A stretch of 64,000 bases of DNA from Octopus bimaculoides (Eukaryota): assembly GCF_001194135.2 (NCBI RefSeq), contig NC_068982.1:177291070-177355069 (forward strand). Direction: 5' to 3'. Shown piece by piece: positions 41,681 through 55,159 of the stretch. Below the pieces are notes generated by a model. The model searched no databases. It had not been told where the DNA came from and saw nothing but the letters and a program-made list of their open reading frames with translations. Numbering within the stretch: position 1 is the first letter of the stretch; each line of letters starts with the position of its first letter. Position numbers and translations under genes: made by a program.

Positions 41681-42458
41681 TATGAGTGTATCCTCGTGCT
41701 TCTGTGCAAGTGTGTGGTCTTATGTCTGAGTGCGTGTGTATGTATGGATTACGGTTGTATGCATGCATATTTATATATACACCCCAACCAATCAAATGTA
41801 CCAAAACCATTTACTTTTCTATTCCATGCTCTAACAACTCAACGAATTGACCACACGTATGTGTGTGAGTGCTTTTGCCATTGCGTGTGTGTATATGTAT
41901 TAATATATACGCTAAGATATATATAGATATATGAATTTATATATATATTTATATATATGTGTGTATGTGCATATATGTATGCATGTAATATATATATACT
42001 TATATATATACCTATTATATGTGTGCGTGTAGTTCATAATAATTTTCCTATCGTCTTGGCTCAACAGCCTTCACCGTTTGTTTTTATTGTCTTGTTCTCA
42101 CCGTCCTGTTCTTGTTTACAACTTTCGCCCTCCGCAAATCCCAAATTTTATTTAATTTGCTTTGCTAGAAGGACTGTTCCAACGAAGTCGCGCATTGTCC
42201 TTGCCTTCGAAATGCGGAGTAGATGAAGCAGGGACAACTGATGAAGGGGTATATTCTTTATGTTCCATGTCTCGTTTGTTTTTTTCGTTGTTCGAAAAAG
42301 TTTATTGTCTGTTTATGTTTTTTTTTTGGTTTCGTTTCTCATTGTGTTTAAGGTGTTGTTTTTTATGTCCTGTACCCATATATGCATGTATGTATACATA
42401 TAGATGTAGGTATGTACATATATATATGGATATATGCATTATTTATATATTATTTATA

Positions 42459-42525
<67 letters not shown>

Positions 42526-42689
42526 GGCTTAGTAAATTTTAAATATGTTTAAAACCATGATAGCATGATTTTTTCATGATGTAATCTTTTGCAAGCAAAA
42601 TGCTCATCAATAAAAAATGCTGCTGAAACAGCTGTTGTCAATTTTTAAATTCCATTTGTCTTCTATTATATATACATGCCTGTTTGTGT

Positions 42690-42956
42690 GTGTAACGTAT
42701 ATATATGCCTACATTGGTGTATATACAATACCGGTTGTCAAACGGCGTTATGGGATGAACACAGACACACACAAATTGATATAAAATGTATACGACGGGC
42801 TTCTTTCAGTTTCCCATCTACCAAACCCACTCACAAGGCTTTGGTCGGTCCGAGGTTATAGCTGAAAGTACCTGCCCAAGGCGCCACGTAGTGGGACTGA
42901 GCGGGAACCATGTTTTGGGGATCCAAGCTTCTTACTACACAGCCACGCCTGCGCCT
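42690..42956 (-). mobile_element. SINE family A, 5' half
   Basis: Reverse complement of GGCGCAGGCGTGGCTGTGTAGTAAG...GGTTCCCGCTCAGTCCCAC. Confidence 0.85.
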
Positions 42957-43224
42957 ATAAATACAAATATATAGTACACACACTTACACACACACACACA
43001 CACACATACACACACACACACACACACCCTACACACGCACACACACACACACACACACCACACACACGCACACACACATACATATATATTCTTTTATATA
43101 CGTATATTTGTACTTAAAGTACCAATTAATCAATACTGTCTAGACTATCGACTATTCCGATTCCCTCAAAATTTCTGGTGTTCTGGTATTATTGTAAGTA
43201 ATAATAACCCATTTTATTATATAC

Positions 43225-43420
43225 TGAAGGACTGAAATTTTAGATGAGAAGTTTAGTCTATTACATCGATCCCAGTGCTCAGCTGGTACTTATTTTATCG
43301 AACCCGGGAGGATGAATGACAAAGTTGACCTCAGAAGAATTTGAACCTAGAACATAAAGGTGAATGAAATGCCACTAAACCTTTTGGCTAGCGCGCCAAC
43401 GGCTCTCTCCGTTTGCCGTG
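43225..43420 (-). mobile_element. SINE family B, degenerate
   Basis: GGTACTTATTTTATCGAACCCGGGAGGATGAATGACAAAGTTGACCTC..ATTTGAACCTAGAAC. Confidence 0.8.
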
Positions 43421-45439
43421 TTGGAAGCAAAATATGTTAAATAAAAATTTCATCATGTGTTAATGTAAAGTCTACAATTGTATACGTCGTTGCTTTATAT
43501 ATATATATTTTTTTTCTTTTCACTTGTAACTTCGTTCCTAGACTTCTTGTGTCAATAACATGTTCAGTCTGGTGTAGAAATCCGAAATAATCCTGTAATT
43601 AGTATCCTTATCTACATCATCATCATAATAATCATCATCGTTAAAATTTTCGGCTCATCATACGAAAAGATTCGTATCTTGTGTTTTAATGTCGAGATGT
43701 TTCTTCAAACCTCAAAGATTTTGATGGATTTACGTAGAATACAAAAACACGTGTTTTGTTTTGTTTTCTGCAGTTCTACTATCTGAAATTCTCTGTCCCT
43801 TGATGACCTATTCTGCTATTGTTCCAGTATTTCCCCGACTATAATGACTGTTTTGTACACATGATTTTCTAGTTATATCAGTTCTAGATCAAGATACTTA
43901 TATTTCTATTGCCTTGACTCGTCTGTATAATGTATGGAAAAGCAATATCTATATTTCTAAGACAAGATTACTTTTGGTTTCTTCATTATTTTTGTGTCTC
44001 GGCTGTATGTCTGTATTACGCGGAAACTTTGCAGCAAGAAATATAAAACTGCGACTGTCATTGTCTATAACAGCGAGTGGTTGATGTTGGTTCCATTTGT
44101 AATCGCTGTTTAATTCAAATCTCCAATTTATCAAACAATGTAATATTTAACCCATTCTATACTTTGTGTGGCACCTTTCTTCATTTACCTCATAGTATGG
44201 TTGAAGGTTTTGTATAACTCATTACACATTCGCCACTTACGACTCAAAACACATGTTACCCGTATGAAAGACACTAGTGAATCATTTGAATGAGATTTGG
44301 TTGCTACACCCTAGTCTCCTTGAATCTCTCTGAATTTCTTCTATTTTTGTTAAATGATATTTGTCTATTCGCTTCTTCTGGAGAATCATCCATGATAACG
44401 TAACTACCCACTTTAGACTCCAAGCCATTCTACAGCAAAGTTTTCTGTTCACCTGAAATGTAACTTTTGTCCCCTTTTCAGATGTCTATCTCCTGTTTAT
44501 TTTTCACTTGTTTGTAATTCTTTCTTGTTTCTATATATCCTCAATTGAATATAATTGTTCCTCAGATATCTATTTTTCAGCTTTTAGACAGCATGATGGC
44601 TACCAGATATTTTCAGCCACCAAGCAACTTATGAAGATCGGCCACATATATTGCTTCCGGTAGCTGCTTTTATAAACAAACGATGAAGGTTCAACGAAGG
44701 CGATCGAGAAATCAAAAGAGAGATATAAAATAAAATAAATAATATAAAGCAGAATTTTGTTATTATTTTCAGGCCTGGAAAAAGTAAAATGTTAAATAGA
44801 ATAGATTGCCTATTCAACAAATATTCATAAAAGAAAGTCATAAATAGCAAGCAGTTAATATTTAGTCTATATAGTTATTATTAAATAAAATTTACTAAGT
44901 GACCTTCTGATCAATATTCAAAATAGGTTACAACCTAAGACAAAGGCATACTCAATAATGTTAATCGAATCAGAAATAACTTTCATCCCCTAACAGACAA
45001 CAGGTTGCGGCAGATATTTCATTTCGTCGGAACAATGCGAAATCAGTGAACTGTTCGTCATTTATACATACGACTTCTGGTTACTGAAATACAATATACT
45101 GCTGTTCAATACTTATTGTTGAAAGTAAGTATCGTGACCATATTCAGAAAATAGCACCTGTGACAAACAGGATATGAAGTAATGATTCAATATATTTTCT
45201 CTGCCGCAGCGCTTCTTTGTAAAAAGAAAAGCCTAAGAAGAACATTTCTTAATAGGCTACTGATTTTAAAGGCTCAGGATTTAGCAACTCAGCGGATTCG
45301 CTTGTGTTTTTCGTAAAAGGAACAGACATTTTAATTAGATCTTAAGTATTAAAACATTTGAGTTGACTGCAATTACCATTATACCATAGTAGAGTTGATT
45401 ATAAGTATTTTCACAATTACCACTTCTGCTATTGCTATG

Positions 45440-45484
<45 letters not shown>

Positions 45485-46380
45485 TTATGTTTGACTTTTG
45501 TTTTGCATTTGTACAAGTTGGATCCAAGTCTCACCCAGAGACCTCAAGAGACAACAAGTTAGAAGTTCATGTAGGTGTTATGCCTAGGGTACCATATATT
45601 TGGATTTGTACAGTTTTGTTCAAGTGAATGTTTAAGAAACCATAAGAAAATTATGTTTGCTTTAAAATTTGAGATCACATAGACAGTATTTTACGTAGGA
45701 TATGGGCAGTTCCCATGAGCACTATCTTTNNNNNNNNNNNNNNNNNNNNNNNNNNNNNNNNNNNNNNNNNNNNNNNNNNNNNNNNNNNNNNNNNNNNNNN
45801 NNNNNNNNNNNNNNNNNNNNNNNNNNNNNNNNNNNNNNNNNNNNNNNNNNNNNNNNNNNNNNNNNNNNNNNNNNNNNNNNNNNNNNNNNNNNNNNNNNNN
45901 NNNNNNNNNNNNNNNNNNNNNNNNNNNNNNNNNNNNNNNNNNNNNNNNNNNNNNNNNNNNNNNNNNNNNNNNNNNNNNNNNNNNNNNNNNNNNNNNNNNN
46001 NNNNNNNNNNNNNNNNNNNNNNNNNNNNNNNNNNNNNNNNNNNNNNNNNNNNNNNNNNNNNNNNNNNNNNNNNNNNNNNNNNNNNNNNNNNNNNNNNNNN
46101 NNNNNNNNNNNNNNNNNNNNNNNNNNNNNNNNNNNNNNNNNNNCTGTCAGTTTGAATGGTGAAGTTCCAGAGGAGTGCAATGTGATCATTTTCAAGTACT
46201 GGGGGTGGTTTATGTTCCCACCAGTTTTTATCATGGGGCAAGTTCAGGTTTTTGCATATTACCCAGTGAATATATTGTGCAGCTCTATCATGCCTGTTGA
46301 GATACTCTGTAGGCGCAAGCAGACTGCACATGGAGACAACATGATCGATGGTCTCATTTTGTTGTTGGCATATACGACAT
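45485..46380 (-). mobile_element. 5'-truncated R4/Dong-like retrotransposon (second family) inside (TAA)n
   Basis: CRICQQQNETIDHVVSMCSLLAPTEYLNRHDRAAQYIHW...LWNFTIQTD [gap] KIVLMGTAHILRKILSM*, then a 3'UTR; (ATT)n on both sides (45441-45484, 46381-46449). Confidence 0.92.
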
Positions 46381-46381
46381 A

Positions 46382-46449
<68 letters not shown>

Positions 46450-46459
46450 GACTACAGCT

Positions 46460-46672
46460 AAGACGGCGAGATGGCAGAATCGTTAGCATGCTGTATGAAA
46501 TGCTTAGCGGTATTTCGCCCGTCGTTACGTTCTGAGTTCAAATTCCGCCGAGGCCGACTTTGCTTTTCATCCTTCCGGGTTCGATAAAATAAATGCCAGT
46601 TGAACACTGAGGTCAATGTAATGGACTCATTCCCACTTTCCCCAAGGTGCCCTTGTGGCAAAAATTCAAAAT
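46460..46672 (+). mobile_element. SINE family B with target-site duplication
   Basis: A box TGGCAGAATCG, B box GAGTTCAAATTCC; TATTATTATGACTACA repeated at 46441-46456 and 46673-46688. Confidence 0.9.
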
Positions 46673-47589
46673 TATTATTATGACTACACCTAAAAGAACA
46701 ACATTATTTACAGTAATTCAGCTGATATATACTGAATATGATAGTAAAACTAATCTCGAAAAACTGCCTTTAAAATGAGATCATCTATTTCTATTCAATT
46801 CTAACAGTAGAACACAATGTCACAAAACAGAATTAGCCGATAGCCTTGCCAACTACACCGGGAATTGAAATCGGAAGCTTATTTGCTACGCTATACTGGC
46901 CATGCTAAGGAAAAGAAGCGAAAATATTAGCAAATAAATGACACGAAAAGAAACACCTCCTCATTGCTGCTTTGTTGGGCGACCATATTAGATTGCCGTC
47001 CAACAATCTAAAGTGACAGATGGAATAAACTTGATGAAATTACTATTAACGATAAATGACGTTGTGAAAGTGATTAACAGTAAACAGGGTGTGCAATGAT
47101 AAGCATTTGCAATTTGATAATGTATGGTGGGATAAGATAAAATAACAAAAACAAAATTGTGATAGTAAATCGAAATAGAAAGAAAGCATTTTATTGTAGA
47201 AGGCAAAATAAATAAATAAGTAAATAAAATAGAATTTGATAGGCAAATTAGCTGAGAACAGAAATTGTGCAATAGACTCGTATTGTGTGAAAAGGACAAG
47301 CAGAATGATTAGCTATATCGATTTCTTAATTAAAACAAAAGGCCTCATAGTCATAAGAGTAGAGAAAGAGATTGTTGGACTTCTTTTCTGCTTTACTTCG
47401 GGGAATTTGATGGCGTTAATGAAAATAGAAAGTAAATTAAAGACACAAGTCAATAAAGAAAATAATACTACCTCACAGCGCTGTAAAAGATTGAAAGCTT
47501 TTTGTCGTTTCTTTTTTCCCTTTTTCGGTGGCTATTTAGAGCAATCCGAAAGCAAATTTTTGTGGGACAGGAGTAACAGGGAACTGATT

Positions 47590-49590
47590 TGATACTAACA
47601 TATTAACCTCTAATTTTTTTTATTGAACTTCGAGGTATGAAAGGCAAACCCAAGGCATCTGACATTGGAACTCAGACAGTGTAACTAAAATCAATAAAAC
47701 ATATAATCAAATTGCTCTACTGCGTCTACCAACTCACGACAATTCTTTAAGTAAATAATAATCCCTTCTACTAAAGGTATAAGGTTCGCTGCCTTCTTTC
47801 AGCAAATAATAATGTTCGAGTTTTACATTTGCGTAACATTTGTAAATAGTACTGAGTGAATTAAATCATTTCTAATATGAAACTGGTAATCGTTTTAACG
47901 ATCCCGAAAGAAGAAACAAGTGTTAAACTCAATAATATTTTTAAAAGACAGCAAAATCATAGTCTTGACTATGTAAATTGTTTTTCTGACTTATTTGCCA
48001 GCGTAACATTGAGTATTGAGTAAAGTGTGTTAATGTCCTATACCACATATTTAAAACATTAACCCAATTCAAGAACCTCCATTGCGACAGAAAATAATAT
48101 TAATGTAGGAACAAGACGAGAAAATTGAGGGAACGGAACCGGTCGATATCATCGATATTAGTAGTTGACTGAAACTTCATTTTATCAATTTTGGGTGGAT
48201 AAAAGGCAAAGTTGGAAAAAGCTGGAGCAAATACTGCAAGACGTTTTTCTGAAACTCTAACGATTCTACTAATCCAGCATATAATTTCAAATATAGGCCA
48301 GAATTTAGTAGGAAGTATATAGGAGGGATTCTTAAATGATTATTTTAACCTGAAACGTCGGTTTTCAATTAAAAAATATGGGCCCATGACAAATTATGCA
48401 ATGCGTTTACTTAGGCGCTCTCAGCCTCGAAAGAATGAATAACAAAGATAGTCTCGGCAGAATTTGAACTCAGAATATAAAGAGCTGATAAACAGACTGC
48501 AACACATTTTCCGATACTCGATCGAGTCTGTTGAATCACCGCTTTCAATTATTTCTAATTTAGCAATAAACCAGCGATTTTGAAGGGAGGAAACAAGTTG
48601 ATACCATCGACACAAGTTCTTCACTGGTATTTTATTCTATCGGTCCCGAAAGTATGAAAGGCAAAGTTTTCCAACTGTAAAAGACCTGGAATACTTACTG
48701 CATAGCATTTTTCCCGACGCTCAAACGATTCGGCCAGTTAACTGTCTTTATAATTGGTTCTAATTGAGGAACATGGTCAGTAATTTTTGTTAGGCGCGCT
48801 TAGTCGACTACATGTAACTCAGTCTCTGTACGTGACCGGTACATTTTCTTACAGATCAATACATGATAAAGGATAAATGTGAAATTAGAGTGTAAAAACA
48901 GGAACAAATACAAGAACGAGAATCATTTTGCCCGATACTACAACGATTTGGCCCACCCAATCTCTTAAAATAATATTTTGTAGCATTGTCATAAGACCTG
49001 ACAGTCGGAGCGGGACTAGTCGATGAGGATGACTAAGCTCTTAGCGGGCACGTCATTTTATCAACACTCCAATAATAAAAGTATTCTATTATAAACTTTA
49101 TCGTAAGTTGATGTATATGAGTATATGCATATATACGCACATATATCTATTTTTCTGTATATGAAGTGAACGAATATTGAATAAAATTTGTTTATTGTGA
49201 GGTATGTGTCTTTCTCCGTAACAGCATTGTAGATGGGAAATGATATTTATACGTGTATGCTGGAATGCATGCAACACTGGTTACTGACAAAAGAGACCTG
49301 TTTTTGGTAAATGAACCTATCCTTGCAATATAAGCTGTGCTGTAACAAGTCCATGTCAAATATATGGAATACGTGTCCTTTTCATATATTTGTTAAGTGA
49401 CCGCTTCAGCTAATTTCTTTCATAACACCGTCATTTTTTTTTTATACATCACGAGTGTACTAGTAAGAATAATTTTGGCATCTACTTTAGTCTAAATAAG
49501 AGCAATTATGAGCGGAGGGGCTTAGTCGATACCATCTGTTCCAGTAAGTAGGAGGTACTTTATTTTACCGACCCCGAAATAATCGGTGAA
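47590..49590 (-). mobile_element. cluster of about six degenerate SINE family B remnants
   Basis: Recurrent reverse-complement motifs (TTTTATC..CCCGAAA..ATGAAAGGCAAA, ATTTGAACTCAGAA, AACGATTC.GCC) near 47600, 48130, 48430, 48600, 48800 and 49520. Confidence 0.65.
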
Positions 49591-49639
49591 ATCCACGCTA
49601 AAAAGTTATTTTGTTTCTTTTCCTATTTCTAGTATTGCG

Positions 49640-50110
49640 ATAATGACCATTCCACAGCCACCACGAAGGAGAATGGAGAAATGACGGTCCCCATCACGTG
49701 ATCTATTTCCAGTGTCTGCTAATTTATCAAAAAATCCTTGGTGAAAAACCACGTTACTATTGATTTAAAAAATCAAATTATAATGACTCACATGCCTAGA
49801 AAGCAGAAATATTCTAAAGGTTCGTGGATCAATGCATGGGGAATCGATCACTATTGTCAAACCATACAATCGGAAGATCCCATATTCCTTTTCTGAATGC
49901 TAAATGAGGCCCCGCATGCTCGAGAAAAAAATTGGGAACGTCAGACCAAAGGTTTTAAGAATTGATGTGCTGGAAACATTTATAGTCAGTGCCACGAACA
50001 TTGATATCAGTCTTGCTTAGCGAATCGATTAATGAAGCCTTCTCGTATTTAGGCAACCGCAGACTCGTTGCCAAGCACCTGCCTTATGTCATGGTTCCGT
50101 CGGACCACGC
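49640..50110 (+). mobile_element. possible highly decayed RLE-clade 3' end
   Basis: Weak by-eye resemblance of ENGEMTV, RKQKYS...AWGI and LRIDVLETFIV to the RLE C-terminus. Confidence 0.2.
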
Positions 50111-51061
50111 TTGAAATTGTTTAATTATGACAATTTCATGTCTTCCTGTTGAATTTCATGTTTTCTGTCATTGTTTTCGCATTCAAATTTCATTCTTTAT
50201 ATAAAATCTTTGCTTTGTTATTGTTGGTTCTTTCTTCGTTTCTTTTTCATCTCTTTCATCCATATGTTTTGTACACTTTTTACATTCATTCTCCCACTAA
50301 TTAAATTTTTTAAATCTTTCTTTTATATTAAATATTGAATTAGTTATCTTTTAATAAAGTTATTTTTATTAGTATTTTTTCACCTAATTCACAAAATGAT
50401 TAAATTTCTTGCATTCTTTCCAAAACAGCTATTTCTATTTGCTAATAAAGCGTTTTTGATGACAGAATTTACCATTGCTTTCTGCATTTATCAAATTGGA
50501 GCTTTCTGTTCACACTATTTTCGCCTCGGGTCATTATTGTTATTTCTTCTTTCTCTTCATTGTATTCTTCTTCTTCTTGTTACCATTATTAATATTCAAG
50601 AAATAGCAAAGATAAAAAAATCATTGTTATAAATAGTGCTGGTACTATTTACATATTGATTCCTACGCATATTTTACTCCGATCTTTATCGTTATTTTTC
50701 TCCTCCATCCTTTACTCTTCTTTTATTGTACTGTATTTTTATATTTGCATTAGTGTTATTACTGTTCTTAACACTTCCTGTTTTCCTGCATTTTCTAGTT
50801 TCTGTCTTTTGTGTGAATTTTCTTTCGTTCAAACTTTGACCTGCTAAATATCTAAATTCATTACCATTTGGTATTCATGCTCTCGAAGTGATGTGTAGGC
50901 ACCTTTAAGATTTATTCTATTTTGTAATGATATTTTTTTCTGCAAAATCACTAAACTAGTAAAACAACAAAATGACAAAAATGCAGTCATCTATCAATGA
51001 ATAACCCTTGTATATTGTAGTTTTCACCGCTGCAACAAACTACTAATAAATTGTTATGGAC

Positions 51062-51112
<51 letters not shown>

Positions 51113-51359
51113 TACAACACGTATTCCAATACATAATGCAATTAGTTTTCACAAGTACTGGCAGCTTATTTAACCAAACTAACTGAATATGCCCTCAGGC
51201 GAAACTTAGTCCCAGCCATAATTAATTCAATTATGAAATTGACTGTACTATTAAACTTGATTCCAGCTCAATCCCATGAGTAAATGTACTGCTTCTATTC
51301 TTATAGTTTATTTAAAAGAACACTCCAGAGTTAACATTATATGTTCACGTGTGTGTGTA

Positions 51360-51400
<41 letters not shown>

Positions 51401-51977
51401 TATACACAGACAGACAGTGAGAAACAGTCGAGATAGACAGAGTAACAGAAACGCCAGCTTTACGTCTTATTTTATTTAAGCGAAACTTGCTATAGTGTAA
51501 CGAACGTTTTTAAGAAACATTTATTGGCCGTCCAACGAAATAGCTCCAGTCCGAAAAGGCCTGTAGATCGTCTCTTCAATTCTTTGGAGCTCTCATAATT
51601 GCATCTTAACCTCCCTGCTATACAGTACAGAAATGGTCTCACCTCATTTTGTTAACCTTCAACAGTGATAACTCACCCGCACTTGGAGAGAGTTGTTACA
51701 AACAAATATATGAATACATAAGTAAACTTGTTGATACGCAAACGTTCACTCGCGCGCACGCACACATATATATGTGTATGTATATATATATATATATATA
51801 TATATAATAATTTTTTTCCCAGAGGATGTAGCAACCGTTACCAATATAGCATAAGATATATTGTTGTGTTTGTGGATGGTCATGTTGCCAGTTTAGCCAA
51901 TAAAAACACACGCTCTGTATATTTGGTGTTAATTTGCTTCAGCTTTATATTACATTACATTACATTAATCATATTTC

Positions 51978-52022
51978 GGCCAGAGTTCTTTCGTCACACT
52001 TCTGTGACCTCATCAGTGGTCC
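51978..52022 (-). ncRNA. type I hammerhead ribozyme motif with intact core
   Basis: Minus strand GGACCA-CTGATGA-G-GTCAC-AGAAGT-GTGAC-GAAA-GAA-CTC|TGGCC: helix I GGACCA/TGGCC, 5-bp helix II, minimal helix III, CUC triplet. Confidence 0.7.
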
Positions 52023-52249
52023 TTTACTTTCTTCTTTCTTATATGTGTGTCCCTCCTTGCTAACGATCAGCACGTCAAGTTACGTAAATGCCATAGAAAG
52101 ACCGTAGTTAAACTCTAGGTTCGATAATAATATCAGTGAGGAGTCTAATGTGGGTCTTGTATGAGCATGTATATGTTAAATAAAATGAAACAACAAAGCC
52201 AAGGCCAAGGCTCTGTGGAATTTTCAGGAAATTTATAAAGAGAAAGTTA

Positions 52250-52297
52250 GTCTTACAGCTATTTCTGAGATATTAGGGATATCCCTTCTTCAGAGAT
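52250..52297 (-). ncRNA. type I hammerhead-like motif
   Basis: Minus strand ATCT-CTGAAGA-A-GGGATAT-CCCTA-ATATCTC-A-GAAA-TAGCT-GTA|AGAC: 7-bp helix II, near-palindromic helix III (ACAGCTGT is intact in the partial relative at 10526-10553), GUA triplet. Confidence 0.55.
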
Positions 52298-52319
52298 GAT
52301 GTGAGATGTTCAGAGAGAA

Positions 52320-52860
52320 ATAGTTGAGTTCAATCTAAGGAGTTATTGAAAACACTGGTGGAACAAAATCCCATCGTAACTGTTGAGGAACTAGCAGAGA
52401 AGCTTGGATTTGATCATTCAACCAGTCATTCAAGTCAGCACTAGAAGTAAAACGACGACCTTTGATTTCAAGACAAAAGGTGTTCTTCCATCAGGCTAAT
52501 ACTCGGCCACATTCAGCGAAGATAACATTCCAAAGGCTGGAGCAGTTTGAATGGGAAACGATGCCCCATCCACCATATTCGCCGGATATTGCCGCATCTG
52601 ATTATCATTTATTCCGCATTCTTCAAAATCATTTGGACGGAAAAAAATGTGAATTCTGTAGATGAGGTCAGAACACTACTGGAGGAGTATTTTTCTTCAT
52701 AGACAAGTGAATTTTGGAAGAGGGGCCTGGCAACACTACCAGGTAGATGGAAGAGCATTGTAGAAAATGGAGGAGAGTATATTTTAGATTGAAAAAGAAC
52801 TTTGTTTATCTTAATTTTGAAAAAATAAAATTATTTAAAAAAAAACACGGGAAGACGCAA
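52320..52860 (+). mobile_element. internally deleted mariner fragment
   Basis: HTH-like VTVEELAEKLGFDHST is joined directly to VFFHQANTRPH...HPPYSPDIAASDYHLF...RWKSIVENGGEY. Confidence 0.9.
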
Positions 52861-52877
52861 TGTATATATGTATATGT

Positions 52878-52922
<45 letters not shown>

Positions 52923-53092
52923 TATATATAATGTACGTGTGTGTGCGTATGCACATGTATGTATACAAACAATATATTATTTTATATTATATTATATTAT
53001 GTTAAATTATATATTATATTGGGTTGGTAAAAAAGTTTGTAGCGTGTTTTTTAAGTAAAATCCTTAACAACTGCTGTATCCTCCGTCTGCAA

Positions 53093-53366
53093 TGTCGTGG
53101 TACCGCCACGATATTGTGACGGATGGTTTAGATACACTTACAGTAATAACAGTAAACAAGATAACGATACAACCGTTATAACAACGTAACGAACCAACAA
53201 TCTCTTCACGATCCAACAATCAATATTCCAAACGAACTACACAACCGACACCCTACTACTTCACTGCGAAATCTACTCGAACAAACTTCACTCCGAACGC
53301 TTCTATTTATAATCGCTCGGTCCAGTCTATTTCTCGCAAGGATGCGTTGTGACTCTCACCACAACA
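53093..53366 (-). mobile_element. Gypsy 3' LTR (274 bp)
   Basis: TG...CA termini with inverted ends TGTCGTGGT / ACCACAACA; a polypurine tract (AAAAGTGGAGA on minus) abuts at 53367-53377. Confidence 0.85.
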
Positions 53367-54990
53367 TCTCCACTTTTGAGATTTCGACTTCCCTAAGAAA
53401 TGATTTTTTTTTCTTTTTCCAGCACCCCTCCCTCACTTTTTCTTAAAAAATTTAATATCTTTCTCGTTTTTGCATTATTTCTAAGTGTACAGTTTGTTTC
53501 CTTTCTCTGTGGATGCTTCTACGAGGCTCAAGCTTCTTCAATGCTGGCACCTCCGACATGCCATAGCAGACTTCTATTGGTATTTTCTTTCGTTTTTCAG
53601 TATGTCTCGTCTTTCATTAGTTTACGTGTCTCTTATGTTTCCAAAGTTGTCCTTTAATTACATACATCATTTTCCCTGGTGGTTTAGTTAAAAACCATCC
53701 TCCAAGCCTTCGAAATGTTTTGTTACCTTTTCGGTATTTCCTTTAAATATATTTTTTCCTGGAAGTAATTTATCGAAGATCAATTTTATTTTTTGCGCGA
53801 ACATTAACTCTAAGAGAGACGTTCCTGGTATTCACATTGGGCCTTACTTTATATATACCCACCAGAATTTCGTTAGCGCTTCATCATTTCCTACGTCATT
53901 CCTTGCTTTTTTTAACGCTCGCTTGAAAGTATGACAGTATCAGCGAATCTTTCTACCTGCACATTTGATCTCGAGTGGTAGGGCGGAATAAAAATATGCT
54001 TTATCGCATGTATTTTGGAGAAATTCTTCAATTCACTAAATTGTGTTCCATTATCTGATATCAACGTGCCTGGAACACCGCATCGGACTAATAATTAATA
54101 CAGGAACTTTATTGCTGGTTTATTTTACCTGCATACCTCTGGCTACTTTGTACCACTATCAACAACGATCAGATTGTATGCGCAGTTCACCAGTCCAACG
54201 TAGTCGACATGTACCCTGGACCACGGACTATCCGTCTCAAGCCACGACTGGTATTTCACCGGTGGTGCTTTGGCAGCTAACTTACAACCTCCACATGATT
54301 TTGCACAATTTTCAATGTCCCGGTCCATTGTCGGCCAATATTCATAGCTCCTCATTGAAGCTTTCATTCTGGACATTCCCGAGTGTCCACTGTGGAATTC
54401 CTGAGATACTTGATACTGTAGTGCAGTTGGTAGTACCACTATTTTCGCAAACATTAAAACATCGTCTCATAGTGAAAAATTATCCGAATTTGCATTTTTA
54501 TTATGCTTATTTTTCAACATTTCTTTCTTTCTTGTAATGTAATTATCCTCTGCGGATTTCATTTTTATATCATATGCTGTCACTGGGCAGATTGTGAATA
54601 ACATTACACGTATCTTTAACTTCATTTTCTGACGGCAATGAGGTTATCACTGTATCTACTATCGGGTCCGCATTCTTTGGAATTAGTCTCGATAAACGTT
54701 CCGCATGACCGATTTCTTTCGACGGAATATACTGCATCTTAAAATTGTAGTTTAACAATATTGTACCCCAGCGTTTTAGCCAGTTCGCTGAATGGGCAGG
54801 TACTCCATTTTTGGACCCCAAAATTAATAGTGATGGTCGACAGTCAGTTTGTAGCAAAAACCTTCTACCAGGCAGAAATTTGCCGATTTTTTTCATCGCA
54901 TAAATAATTGATAGAGCCTCCTTCACTATCCGGCTATACTTTCATTTCCGCTACTAACAACGAACGTGAAGCATGAACTACTGGCTTCAT
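53367..54990 (-). pseudogene. Gypsy pol remnant (RNase H, integrase)
   Basis: KEALSIIYAMKK...QTDCRP...RWGTILLNYNFKMQY (RNase H); H-x4-H...C-x2-C and WSRVHVDY (integrase); C-terminal PRRSIHRERKQT; disrupted. Confidence 0.92.
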
Positions 54991-55159
54991 ATTTCTATTT
55001 TTATACTAGCAATCTTCTGTGGTTATACTTTTTCGGTTGACATATCTGTATTTTTGCGAAATCCTTTGCTTGAATTTTTCTTACGCCATGTTTCAGGTTC
55101 ACCATTTTTAACATTCTTCTGCAATATTTAGACAGTTACGCATACCTTTACTCAACCTC

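Noticed and set aside
42169-42248. 80-nt plus-strand exon (xGLFQRSRALSLPSKCGVDEAGTTDEG)
   Set aside because: Not listed as CDS because it overlaps a structured, repeat-like hairpin and an equally open minus frame; ambiguous.
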